A program made the translations under genes and the position numbers. DNA of 64,000 nt from Ranitomeya imitator (taxonomy: Eukaryota), in the NCBI RefSeq assembly GCF_032444005.1, contig NC_091285.1, positions 19,592,001-19,656,000 on the forward strand, given 5' to 3'. Positions 1 to 11,900 of the stretch are shown here, in pieces (the stretch's first letter is position 1; each line of letters starts with the position of its first letter). The notes beneath the pieces are model-generated. The model made no database searches and was not told the origin of the DNA. It worked only from the letters and a program-made list of their open reading frames with translations.

Positions 1-1
1 T

Positions 2-409
2 ACCTCAGGACGACATTACTGGGATATGGAGACCAGGAGATCAGGAGTGTGGATGGTGGGGATGTGTTATCCCAGTATAGACAGGAGGGGGCGTCAGTCA
101 GTGATTGGATATAATAAAAAGTCCTGGTGTTTGTGGAGATTTGATGATGATGATGATGATAATGATCAGTATTCAGTGAGACATGACAGTAAAGTGATCC
201 GGTTACCTGACAAGATCTCCAGTGATAGATTCAGGATATGTCTGGATTATGAGGCCGGGCAGTTGTCCTTTTATGAGCTGTGTGACCCCATCAGACACTT
301 ACACACCTTCACTGCCACCTTCTCCGAGCCCCTTCATGCTGTATTATGTGTATATGATGGTTCTATAAAGATATTAGGGAGAAGCAGAAACTGGAAGAAA
401 CCGTCATAA
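2..409 (+). CDS. 3' end of a TRIM E3 ligase gene (PRY-SPRY/B30.2 domain), start lies upstream of the window
   Basis: Frame from position 2 reads TSGRHYWDMETRRSG...CLDYEAGQLSFYELCDPIRHLHTFTATFSEPLHA...RNWKKPS-stop, collinear with the C-termini of the three full TRIM ORFs. It carries a GAT-repeat poly-Asp insertion. Confidence 0.9.
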   Translation, partial: TSGRHYWDMETRRSGVWMVGMCYPSIDRRGRQSVIGYNKKSWCLWRFDDDDDDNDQYSVRHDSKVIRLPDKISSDRFRICLDYEAGQLSFYELCDPIRHLHTFTATFSEPLHAVLCVYDGSIKILGRSRNWKKPS

Positions 410-830
410 TTTTAAGGGAAAGTCCCACCAGTTTTCTTGTAGTTTGTTTTTGTGTGAAATTAAGCTTAAAATAGTAATTAAAATGTATTAATGCAATGTG
501 TGCAATGTTTGCAAACATTTCTATATGAAAAATATTATATATTTTCTTACAAATATAAATATATTTACCACTAGGGGGAGCATTTTCCATTTTAGACCTT
601 AATCAGCTATAGTAAGACTTGCCAGCTTTACGATATGTTTCCACAGTCAGGATTGCATCAGGATTTGCTCAGGATTTGACCCAGGTAAAATCTGCACCAA
701 ATCTGCACCTGAGGTCACTGACAGGTCACCTGCGTTTTTCAAGCATTTTTTTTTTTCATGCGGATTTGTGTGTGTTTTTGTAAGCTAAATAAAGATATAC
801 AAAAAAAAAGAATTGTGATGTCACAAACGT
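410..830 (+). repeat. TRIM 3' flank type B, duplicated at about 58928-59085 and 59597-59860
   Basis: Collinear match by eye (gtcccaccagttttcttgtag...accactagggggagcatttt...ctatagtaagacttgccagc...ccacagtcaggatt). The second copy is split by a 511-bp insertion. Confidence 0.85.
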
Positions 831-1084
831 CGCAAAACGGCCGTCGTTTGGACCTGTACACTCTGCTGTATGTACACCCCCGAGCCATGAAGATTTTATC
901 GCATTAAAGAGTTACCTGTTTTGAAGATTGGCGAGAGCTGCCGTTTTCTTCCTGCTTACGATTCGCATTTGTATGTCTTCCTAGCAAAGCACCTGAGATC
1001 AAGGGGCCAGCTTCAGCGGACAGCCGGAGTGTTCAATAAGCAAGCGCTCTGGTGGTGCGGTCAGCTGGTTTCTTTGTGATTAAA

Positions 1085-1213
1085 GATAGATAGATCCATA
1101 CAATAGATAGACAGATAATAGATAGATAATAGATAGATAAGATAGATACATACAATAGGTATCTATTGTATCTATCTATTATCTACCGATATATCTATCT
1201 ATAAATATATCTA
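1085..1213. repeat. Imperfect (GATA)n microsatellite followed by an inverted (TATC)n tract
   Basis: gatagatagat... at 1085-1150, tatctatctatt... at about 1160-1213. Confidence 0.8.
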
Positions 1214-1319
1214 TAAATGTGTACATGTATCTGGAATGATATTGAAATGAATACATTAGGTACATATAGCTCCACAATAAGACAAAAAGTGTACAGAATA
1301 TTGATATGAATAAGTATCA

Positions 1320-2160
1320 GCTTAGAATATATCCTGATATCGTTCAGGATCTAAGGCCATCCCTTTGAGATATGCAACACCATACATCAAATAATGGGAT
1401 ATACCACATAATAAAGACGAAACCAAAAACACTGGCGAAACAAAAAAAAACTGTATCCACCTGTCAAAGGAGAAAACCATTCTATGAAGAAAAAAGAAAA
1501 AAAGGTCCAAAAAGGAAAGGAAGAGGAACCAAAAACATAAGGTTCAAAAATAAAGGAATACTCCACAATGACCGAAAAATAAAGATAAAAATAAAAAAGA
1601 AAAACATATAATAATAATGTGAACATGCAAGTCCATGAAAATATCGAGTCCTGTAGATAAAGACTATGCATGGCCAAAACGAAAAAATGCAAAGTGAAAA
1701 TGAAATAACCTCCAGAACACGTATAGCTCACAGATGTGAGACCGCGGCAGGGGACATAATCCACTAAGTATAACGCATAACAAGAGGAGCAAAGAGCTGC
1801 TTACGAATATCTGATAATTACCAGTGGTGGGAGTCCAGCTGCATAAGGTCCGTAGTGCGGTGGAGATAAGGGCGCATAACCGCGCTTATATGTGCCAGAA
1901 CGCCGCAGTGAGGGGAGGAAGAAGAAGAACTTCCGGGTGCCCAGGAGGTCAGGATCCGCAGAGCGCAGGCGCAGGAAAAAAGTGGAACGCCGAATACAGC
2001 CAGAGAAAGCCGAGCGGTCGAGCGTCCTTCGCGCATGTGCAGTTAGCGCAAATCGGAGCCGGCCTGTAATAAAAAACGCAGAGTTAATACCAGGGAGAGG
2101 GCACCTGCTAGAAAAAAAAGAAATAACAAAATAAGTATCGGAGTACTAATTGCCAAAGGG
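1320..2160 (-). mobile_element. Possible Penelope-like UTR/pLTR fragment (unclassified)
   Basis: Composition and motifs (gcgcatgtgc, acttccgg, catataag followed by a gtaag donor-like site on the minus strand) resemble the UTR at 43.1-43.6 kb. No ribozyme or protein motif was found. Confidence 0.25.
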
Positions 2161-3009
2161 GTAAAGACTAGGGTTGAGCGAAACGGGTCGAACATTTTCA
2201 AAAGTCGCCGACTTTTGGCTAAGTCGGGGTTTCATGAAACCCGATCCGACCCCTGTGCGGGGTCGGCCATGCGGTACGCGACTTTCGCGCCAAAGTCGCG
2301 TTTCAATGACGCGAAAAGCGCCATTTCTCAGCCAATGAAGGTAAACGCAGAGTGTGGGCAGCGTGATGACATAGGTCCTGGTCCCCACCATCTTAGAGAA
2401 GGGCATTGCAGTGATTGGCTTGCTGTCTGCAACGTCACAGGGGCTATAAAGAGGCGTTCCCGCCGACCGCCATCTTACTGCTGCTGATCTGAGCTTAGGG
2501 AGAGGTTGCTGCCGCTTTGTCAGAAGCAGGGATAGCGTTAGGCAGGGTCCATTAACCACAAAACCGCTTGTGCTGCAGCGATTTGCACTGTCCAACACCA
2601 CCCTCGGTGTGCAGGGACAGTGGAAGTTTTTTTTTTTTTTTTTTCCCCTCAGCGCTGTAGCTCATTGGGCTGCCCTAGAAGGCTCCCTGATAGCTGCATT
2701 GCTGTGTGTACGCCGCTGTGCAAACCAACTGCTTTTTTCAAAGCACAAATCCTCTTGTTCCTTCCTTTCTGCACAGCTATCTTTTTTGTTTGTCCACACT
2801 TTTTATTTCATTTGTGCATCAGTCCACTCCTTATTGCTGCCTGCCATACCTGGCTGAGATTACTGCAGGCAGGGAGATAGTAGCTGCCTGCCATACCTGG
2901 CTGAGATTACTGGAGGCAGGGAGATAGTAATTGTAGGACATTCCCTGTTTTTTTTTTTTTTTTTTTTTTGGTGGGAGATTAAGATTGGCAATTTGGCATT
3001 TCTGCTAGA

Positions 3010-4739
3010 GTGCCATCCCTGTGTGTGCCATCTCTCTCACATAGTGGGCCATAGAAAGCCTTTTCATTTTTCTGTATTTTTTTTTGTGGGGTGTATAAAT
3101 TCTCCCTGATAAAAATACAGTGGGAGATTAATATTGGCCTTTGGGCTTGTGTGCCAGTCCTGAGTGTGCCATCTCTCTCACAAATAGTGGGCCATAGAAA
3201 GCCTATTTAATTTTTTTTTTGGTTTTATAAATTTTCCCTGAAAAAAGGGAGATTAATATTGGCCTCTGGGCTTGTGTGCCAGTTGTGAGCGTGCCATCTG
3301 TGCCAGTCCTGAGCGTGCCATCTCTCTCACAAATAGTGGGCCATAGAAAGCCTATTTAATTTTTTTTTTGGTTTTATAAATTTTCCCTGAAAAAAGGGAG
3401 ATTAATATTGGCCTCTGGGCTTGTATGCCAGTTGTGAGCGTGCCATCTGTGCCAGTCCTGAGCGTGCCATCTCTCTCACAAATAGTGGGCCATAGAAAGC
3501 CTATTTAATTTTTTTTTTGGTTTTATAAATTTTCCCTGAAAAAAGGGAGATTAATATTGGCCTCTGGGCTTGTGTGCCAGTTGTGAGCGTGCCATCTGTG
3601 CCAGTCCTGAGCGTGCCATCTCTCTCACAAATAGTGGGCCATAGAAAGCCTATTTAAATATTTTTTTGGTTTTATAAATTCTCCCAGAAAAAAAGGGAGA
3701 TTAATATTGGCCTCTGGGCTTCTGTGCCAGTCCTGAGCGTGCCATCTGTGCCAGTCCTGAGCGTCCCATCTCTCACACAAATAGTGGGCCATAGAAAGCC
3801 TATTTAATTTTTTTTTTGGTTTTATAAATTTTCCCTGAAAAAAGGGAGATTAATATTGGCCTCTGGGCTTGTGTGCCAGTTGTGAGCGTGCCATCTGTGC
3901 CAGTCCTGAGCGTGCCATCTCTCTCACAAATAGTGGGCCATAGAAAGCCTATTTAAATATTTTTTTGGTTTTATAAATTCTCCCAGAAAAAAAGGGAGAT
4001 TAATATTGGCCTCTGGGCTTCTGTGCCAGTCCTGAGCGTGCCATCTGTGCCAGTCCTGAGCGTCCCATCTCTCTCACAAATAGTGGGCCATAGAAAGCCT
4101 ATTTAATTTTTTTTTTGGTTTTATAAATTTTCCCTGAAAAAAGGGAGATTAATATTGGCCTCTGGGCTTGTGTGCCAGTTGTGAGCGTGCCATCTGTGCC
4201 AGTCCTGAGCGTGCCATCTCTCTCACAAATAGTGGGCCATAGAAAGCCTATTTAAATTTTTTTTTGGTTTTATAAATTCTCCCAGAAAAAAAGGGAGATT
4301 AATATTGGCCTCTGGGCTTCTGTGCCAGTCCTGAGCGTGCCATCTGTGCCAGTCCTGAGCGTCCCATCTCTCTCACAAATAGTGGGCCATAGAAAGCCTA
4401 TTTTTTTTTTGGGGGGGGTTTTAGAAATTCTCCCTGGAAAAAAAAAGGGAGATTAATATTGCCCTTTGGGCTTGTGTGCCAGTACTAAGCGTTCCATCTC
4501 TCTCTCTCTCTCTTAGTCAGTGGGCCATAGAACGCCTATTTTTGGTTTTATTTGTTTTCTAAATTCTCCCTGAAAAAATCATTTTATTTTATTTGGTTTC
4601 TAAATTCTTCCTGATAAAATCATATTTTTTTTATTATTTTTTTTTCTAAAGTCTCCCTGAAAAAAAAAAAAAAAAAAAAAAAACAGTGGGAGATTAATAT
4701 TGGCCTTTCTGCTTGTGTGCCAGTCTTGACTCCTGGGTG

Positions 4740-4802
<63 letters not shown>

Positions 4803-5412
4803 ATTGTGGTCCATAGAAAGCCTATATTTTTTTTCCTTGATTTGGGTTCCAAAATCTACCAGAGAAAATAACTCCATCAATCATTGGTAGAAAAATATTG
4901 GCCTCTGGGCTTGTGTGCCACTCCTGATTCCTGTGTGCGTCATCTCTCAGTCAGTGGGCCATAGAACGCCTATTTTTGGTTTTATTTGTTTTCTAAATTC
5001 TCCCTGAAAAAATCATTTTATTTTATTTGGTTTCTAAATTCTTCCTGATAAAATCATATTTTTTTTATTATTTTTTTTTCTAAAGTCTCCCTGAAAAAAA
5101 AAAAAAAAAAAAAAAAAACAGTGGGAGATTAATATTGGCCTTTCTGCTTATGTGCCAGTCTTGACTCCTGGGTGCGTCATCTCTCAGTCAGTGGGCCATA
5201 GAACGCCTATTTTGGGTTTTATTTGTTTTATAAATTCTCCCTGAAAAAATCATTTTATTTTATTTGGTTTCTAAATTCTTCCTGATAAAATCATATTTTT
5301 TTTATTATTTTTTTTTCTAAAGTCTCCCTGAAAAAAAAAAAAAAAAAAAAAAAAAACAGTGGGAGATTAATATTGGCCTTTCTGCTTGTGTGCCAGTCTT
5401 GACTCCTGGGTG

Positions 5413-5451
<39 letters not shown>

Positions 5452-5610
5452 ATTGTGGTCCATAGAAAGCCTATATTTTTTTTCCTTGATTTGGGTTCCA
5501 AAATCTACCAGAGAAAATAACTCCATCAATCATTGGTAGAAAAATATTGGCCTCTGGGCTTGTGTGCCACTCCTGATTCCTGTGTGCGTCATCTCTCACT
5601 CAGTGGCCCA
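3010..5610 (+). repeat. About 150-bp subterminal tandem repeats of the hAT element, with (TC)n tracts
   Basis: agtgggccatagaaagcctattt recurs about every 149-150 bp from 3042 to 4381, then longer diverged units follow. (TC)n at about 4746-4800 and 5418-5448. Confidence 0.9.
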
Positions 5611-5954
5611 TAGAAAGCATATAGTTTGTTACATTTGTTTTCTAAATTCTCCCTGCAAAAATCAATTTTTTTTTTGGGGGGGGGGTTTCTAAAGTGTTCC
5701 TGAAAAAAATAAAAATAAAAAACAAATAATAGTGTGACATTAATATTAACATTTGTGCTTCAGTGACAGTCCTGCGTGTGGGGCATCTCTCTAATTTGCA
5801 GCCACCAAAAAAAGAGTGTGTAACATTGTGCCTGATTTTCGCGGTGGTCTCACCAACCTGTAAAGGGGTAGCTAAATCATACTGAAGTTATAGCTCACCG
5901 TGTAAGTTGTGTGACTGCAACAAATAACGTTAGTTTGGTTACGTTTTTAAAACA

Positions 5955-8900
5955 ATGAGGAAGTCTAGTGGAAGAGGTCGTGGCCGGGGGCGTTCATTGT
6001 CAGCTGGTAATGAGGGTAGTGGTAGTGGTGGAGCATCAGGTGGTCGTGGGGAAAAAAATATTGCACCTAAGTCTGGAGCTGTGGAGCCAGGTTCGTCGTC
6101 CGGCTACACAAGGCCTCGAACGCTCCCTTTTCTGGGATTAGGAAAACCGCTTTTAAAGCCGGAGCAGCAAGAGCAAGTTTTGGCTTATCTTGCTGACTCA
6201 GCCTCTAGCTCTTTTGCCTCCTCTCGTGAAACTGGTAAAAGTAAAAGCAGCGCGTCGTTAGTGGATGTTCACGGTCAGGGACAAGTCACTTCCTTGTCCT
6301 CTTCAGCAAAAACAACAACAGAGAAGAATGCAGCAGGCGACACAACGGGTTACTCCATGGAGCTCTTTACACATACCGTCCCTGGCTTAGAAAGTGAAGC
6401 AGTTAACAGTCCATGCCCATTACAAATTGAATCTGACATGGAGTGCACTGACGCACAGCCACAGCCAGACTACTATGCTGGTCCTTTGACTCAGACCACA
6501 ACATTGCCCTCGCAGGGTGCTGATCAAGAATCAGACCCTGATGAGACTATGTTGCCCCATCACGAACGCTATACCACCGAACGACACGGTGACACAGACG
6601 AAGTTGCGCAGGAGGTACAAGAAGAGTTATTAGATGACCCAGTTCTTGACCCCGATTGGCAGCCATTGGGGGAACAGGGTGCAGGCGGCAGCAGTTCTGA
6701 AGCAGAGGAGGAGGAGGGGCCGCAGCAGGCATCAACATCGCCACAGGTTCCATCTGCCGGGCCCGTATCTTGCCCAAAACGCGTGGCAAAGCCAAAACCT
6801 GGTGGAGGACAGCGTGGCCATCCGGTTAAAGCTCAGTCTGCAATGCCTGAAAAGGTATCCGATGCTAGAAAGAGTGCAGTCTGGCATTTTTTTAAACAAC
6901 ATCCAATTGATCAGCGCAAAGTCATCTGTCAAAAATGTTCTACTTCCTTAAGCAGAGGACACAAAAGAGAATGGTAAAACCAAAAACACTCAGTTTGAAA
7001 AAATGTTTGCAGTAATCCGCAAGTGCTAGTAAAAGATGTAAATAACAGGGTATTTGGTTGATACGTTTTTTGCAAAAAATGTATACTAAGCTGCTCTACC
7101 AATCTTCACGGTATACCCATATCAGAGCAGTCCTAACTAATGTATGCAATCCCTATCTGATGTATTTAAAAACCTGATCATCTGTATATTGCCTGTGTGA
7201 ACAGGGTTCAGAGAGGAAAAATCCATGTGTGCATACAGGGCAGAACAGCTTTTGTGCAGCTAGCCCAAGAGGAGTGGTGGAACTCCCCAGTCTTGTAGAC
7301 ACAAGAGAACAATTATGGAAACAGGAACACATGGGCTACTTGCACAGTGAACAAGTCTGTAAGAACATGTTCACACACCACCAAGAAACCTGAAGACACA
7401 AAAGAGAATGGTAAAACCAAAAACACTCAGTTTGAAAAAATGTTTGCAGTAATCCGCAAGTGCTAGTAAAAGATGTAAATAACAGGGTATTTGGTTGATA
7501 CGTTTTTTGCAAAAAATGTATACTAAGCTGCTCTACCAATCTTCACGGTATACCCATATCAGAGCAGTCCTAACTAATGTATGCAATCCCTATCTGATGT
7601 ATTTAAAAACCTGATCATCTGTATATTGCCTGTGTGAACAGGGTTCAGAGAGGAAAAATCCATGTGTGCATACAGGGCAGAACAGCTTTTGTGCAGCTAG
7701 CCCAAGAGGAGTGGTGGAACTCCCCAGTCTTGTAGACACAAGAGAACAATTATGGAAACAGGAACACATGGGCTACTTGCACAGTGAACAAGTCTGTAAG
7801 AACATGTTCACACACCACCAAGAAACCTGAAGACACAAAAGAGAATGGTAAAACCAAAAACACTCAGTTTGAAAAAATGTTTGCAGTAATCCGCAAGTGC
7901 TAGTAAAAGATGTAAATAACAGGGTATTTGGTTGATACGTTTTTTGCAAAAAATGTATACTAAGCTGCTCTACCAATCTTCACGGTATACCCATATCAGA
8001 GCAGTCCTAACTAATGTATGCAATCCCTATCTGATGTATTTAAAAACCTGATCATCTGTATATTGCCTGTGTGAACAGGGTTCAGAGAGGAAAAATCCAT
8101 GTGTGCATACAGGGCAGAACAGCTTTTGTGCAGCTAGCCCAAGAGGAGTGGTGGAACTCCCCAGTCTTGTAGACACAAGAGAACAATTATGGAAACAGGA
8201 ACACATGGGCTACTTGCACAGTGAACAAGTCTGTAAGAACATGTTCACACACCACCAAGAAACCTGAAGACACAAAAGAGAATGGTAAAACCAAAAACAC
8301 TCAGTTTGAAAAAATGTTTGCAGTAATCCGCAAGTGCTAGTAAAAGATGTAAATAACAGGGTATTTGGTTGATACGTTTTTTGCAAAAAATGTATACTAA
8401 GCTGCTCTACCAATCTTCACGGTATACCCATATCAGAGCAGTCCTAACTAATGTATGCAATCCCTATCTGATGTATTTAAAAACCTGATCATCTGTATAT
8501 TGCCTGTGTGAACAGGGTTCAGAGAGGAAAAATCCATGTGTGCATACAGGGCAGAACAGCTTTTGTGCAGCTAGCCCAAGAGGAGTGGTGGAACTCCCCA
8601 GTCTTGTAGACACAAGAGAACAATTATGGAAACTGTTTCCATAATTGTTCTCTTGTGTCTACAAGACTGGGGAGTTCCACCACTCCTCTTGGGCTAGCTG
8701 CACAAAAGCTGTTCTGCCCTGTATGCACACATGGATTTTTCCTCTCTGAACCCTGTTCACACAGGCAATATACAGATGATCAGGTTTTTAAATACATCAG
8801 ATAGGGATTGCATACATTAGTTAGGACTGCTCTGATATGGGTATACCGTGAAGATTGGTAGAGCAGCTTAGTATACATTTTTTGCAAAAAACGTATCAAC

Positions 8901-11900
8901 CAAATACCCTGTTATTTACATCTTTTACTAGCACTTGCGGATTACTGCAAACATTTTTTCAAACTGAGTGTTTTTGGTTTTACCATTCTCTTTTGTGTCT
9001 TCAGGTTTCTTGGTGGTGTGTGAACATGTTCTTACAGACTTGTTCACTGTGCAAGTAGCCCATGTGTTCCTGTTTCCATAATTGTTCTCTTGTGTCTACA
9101 AGACTGGGGAGTTCCACCACTCCTCTTGGGCTAGCTGCACAAAAGCTGTTCTGCCCTGTATGCACACATGGATTTTTCCTCTCTGAACCCTGTTCACACA
9201 GGCAATATACAGATGATCAGGTTTTTAAATACATCAGATAGGGATTGCATACATTAGTTAGGACTGCTCTGATATGGGTATACCGTGAAGATTGGTAGAG
9301 CAGCTTAGTATACATTTTTTGCAAAAAACGTATCAACCAAATACCCTGTTATTTACATCTTTTACTAGCACTTGCGGATTACTGCAAACATTTTTTCAAA
9401 CTGAGTGTTTTTGGTTTTACCATTCTCTTTTGTGTCTTCAGGTTTCTTGGTGGTGTGTGAACATGTTCTTACAGACTTGTTCACTGTGCAAGTAGCCCAT
9501 GTGTTCCTGTTTCCATAATTGTTCTCTTGTGTCTACAAGACTGGGGAGTTCCACCACTCCTCTTGGGCTAGCTGCACAAAAGCTGTTCTGCCCTGTATGC
9601 ACACATGGATTTTTCCTCTCTGAACCCTGTTCACACAGGCAATATACAGATGATCAGGTTTTTAAATACATCAGATAGGGATTGCATACATTAGTTAGGA
9701 CTGCTCTGATATGGGTATACCGTGAAGATTGGTAGAGCAGCTTAGTATACATTTTTTGCAAAAAACGTATCAACCAAATACCCTGTTATTTACATCTTTT
9801 ACTAGCACTTGCGGATTACTGCAAACATTTTTTCAAACTGAGTGTTTTTGGTTTTACCATTCTCTTTTGTGTCTTCAGGTTTCTTGGTGGTGTGTGAACA
9901 TGTTCTTACAGACTTGTTCACTGTGCAAGTAGCCCATGTGTTCCTGTTTCCATAATTGTTCTCTTGTGTCTACAAGACTGGGGAGTTCCACCACTCCTCT
10001 TGGGCTAGCTGCACAAAAGCTGTTCTGCCCTGTATGCACACATGGATTTTTCCTCTCTGAACCCTGTTCACACAGGCAATATACAGATGATCAGGTTTTT
10101 AAATACATCAGATAGGGATTGCATACATTAGTTAGGACTGCTCTGATATGGGTATACCGTGAAGATTGGTAGAGCAGCTTAGTATACATTTTTTGCAAAA
10201 AACGTATCAACCAAATACCCTGTTATTTACATCTTTTACTAGCACTTGCGGATTACTGCAAACATTTTTTCAAACTGAGTGTTTTTGGTTTTACCATTCT
10301 CTTTTGTGTCTTCAGGTTTCTTGGTGGTGTGTGAACATGTTCTTACAGACTTGTTCACTGTGCAAGTAGCCCATGTGTTCCTGTTTCCATAATTGTTCTC
10401 TTGTGTCTACAAGACTGGGGAGTTCCACCACTCCTCTTGGGCTAGCTGCACAAAAGCTGTTCTGCCCTGTATGCACACATGGATTTTTCCTCTCTGAACC
10501 CTGTTCACACAGGCAATATACAGATGATCAGGTTTTTAAATACATCAGATAGGGATTGCATACATTAGTTAGGACTGCTCTGATATGGGTATACCGTGAA
10601 GATTGGTAGAGCAGCTTAGTATACATTTTTTGCAAAAAACGTATCAACCAAATACCCTGTTATTTACATCTTTTACTAGCACTTGCGGATTACTGCAAAC
10701 ATTTTTTCAAACTGAGTGTTTTTGGTTTTACCATTCTCTTTTGTGTCTTCAGGTTTCTTGGTGGTGTGTGAACATGTTCTTACAGACTTGTTCACTGTGC
10801 AAGTAGCCCATGTGTTCCTGTTTCCATAATTGTTCTCTTGTGTCTACAAGACTGGGGAGTTCCACCACTCCTCTTGGGCTAGCTGCACAAAAGCTGTTCT
10901 GCCCTGTATGCACACATGGATTTTTCCTCTCTGAACCCTGTTCACACAGGCAATATACAGATGATCAGGTTTTTAAATACATCAGATAGGGATTGCATAC
11001 ATTAGTTAGGACTGCTCTGATATGGGTATACCGTGAAGATTGGTAGAGCAGCTTAGTATACATTTTTTGCAAAAAAACGTATCAACCAAATACCCTGTTA
11101 TTTACATCTTTTACTAGCACTTGCGGATTACTGCAAACATTTTTTCAAACTGAGTGTTTTTGGTTTTACCATTCTCTTTTGTGTCTTCAGGTTTCTTGGT
11201 GGTGTGTGAACATGTTCTTACAGACTTGTTCACTGTGCAAGTAGCCCATGTGTTCCTGTTTCCTTAAGCAGAGGTCAGAATCTGAAAAGTCTCAATACTA
11301 GTTGCATGCATAGACATTTAACCACCATGCATTTGAAAGCTTGGACTAACTACCAAACGTCCCTTAAGGTTGTTGCACCCTCGGCCAATGAAGCTAGTCA
11401 TCAACGCAACATCCCTTCCGGCAGTGTAGGACCACCATTTAGCGCACCACCTGCTGTATCTGTGCAGGTATCTTTGCCAGGCCAAAGCAGTCAGGGTCAG
11501 GGAATCACCAGTTTCGTAGTAGGAAACACTGCATCTAGGGCACCGGCGGCAACAATACCATCTCCCACCGTCTCTCAGTCTGCCATGTCCACCGGCACCC
11601 CCGCTAGTTCCACGATCTCCATCTCTCCAGTCCAGCTCACCCTACATGAGACTATGGTTAGAAAAAGGAAGTACTTAGCCTCGCATCCGCGTACACAGGG
11701 TTTGAACGCCCACATAGCTAGACTAATCTCGTTAGAGATGATGCCCTACCGGTTAGTTGAAAGCGAAGCTTTCAAAGACCTGATGGACTACGCTGTACCA
11801 CGCTACGAGCTACCCAGTCGACACTTTTTTTCCAGAAAAGCCATCCCAGCCCTCCACCAGCATGTTAAAGAGCGCATCGTCCATGCACTCAGGCAATCTG

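Noticed and set aside
1320-2160. Inverted 5' arm of the Penelope element at 18.1 kb (adjacent once the hAT is removed)
   Set aside because: No reverse-complement match to 18092-19730 was visible, so it is at best a different element.
4600-5529. ORFs with RERERE runs
   Set aside because: They are translations of (TC)n microsatellites in the hAT subterminal repeats.
7320-7440. Hammerhead ribozyme within the 437-bp unit (CTGAAGA and GAAAC are present in left-arm sense)
   Set aside because: I could not build stems I and II around the core in any topology by eye, so a retrozyme call is not supported. A covariance search is still worthwhile.
7336-10806. Eight identical 67-aa ORFs as a multicopy gene
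   Set aside because: They are a by-product of the 437-bp repeat, with no recognisable domain, and the frame is broken by a 1-nt insertion in the last unit.
6959-11263. CRISPR-like array, or a pure assembly artefact
   Set aside because: There are no unique spacers and the context is eukaryotic. An artefact is disfavoured because the 15-bp TSD and exact frame restoration would not arise from a read chimera, although the apex and unit identity need read-level confirmation.
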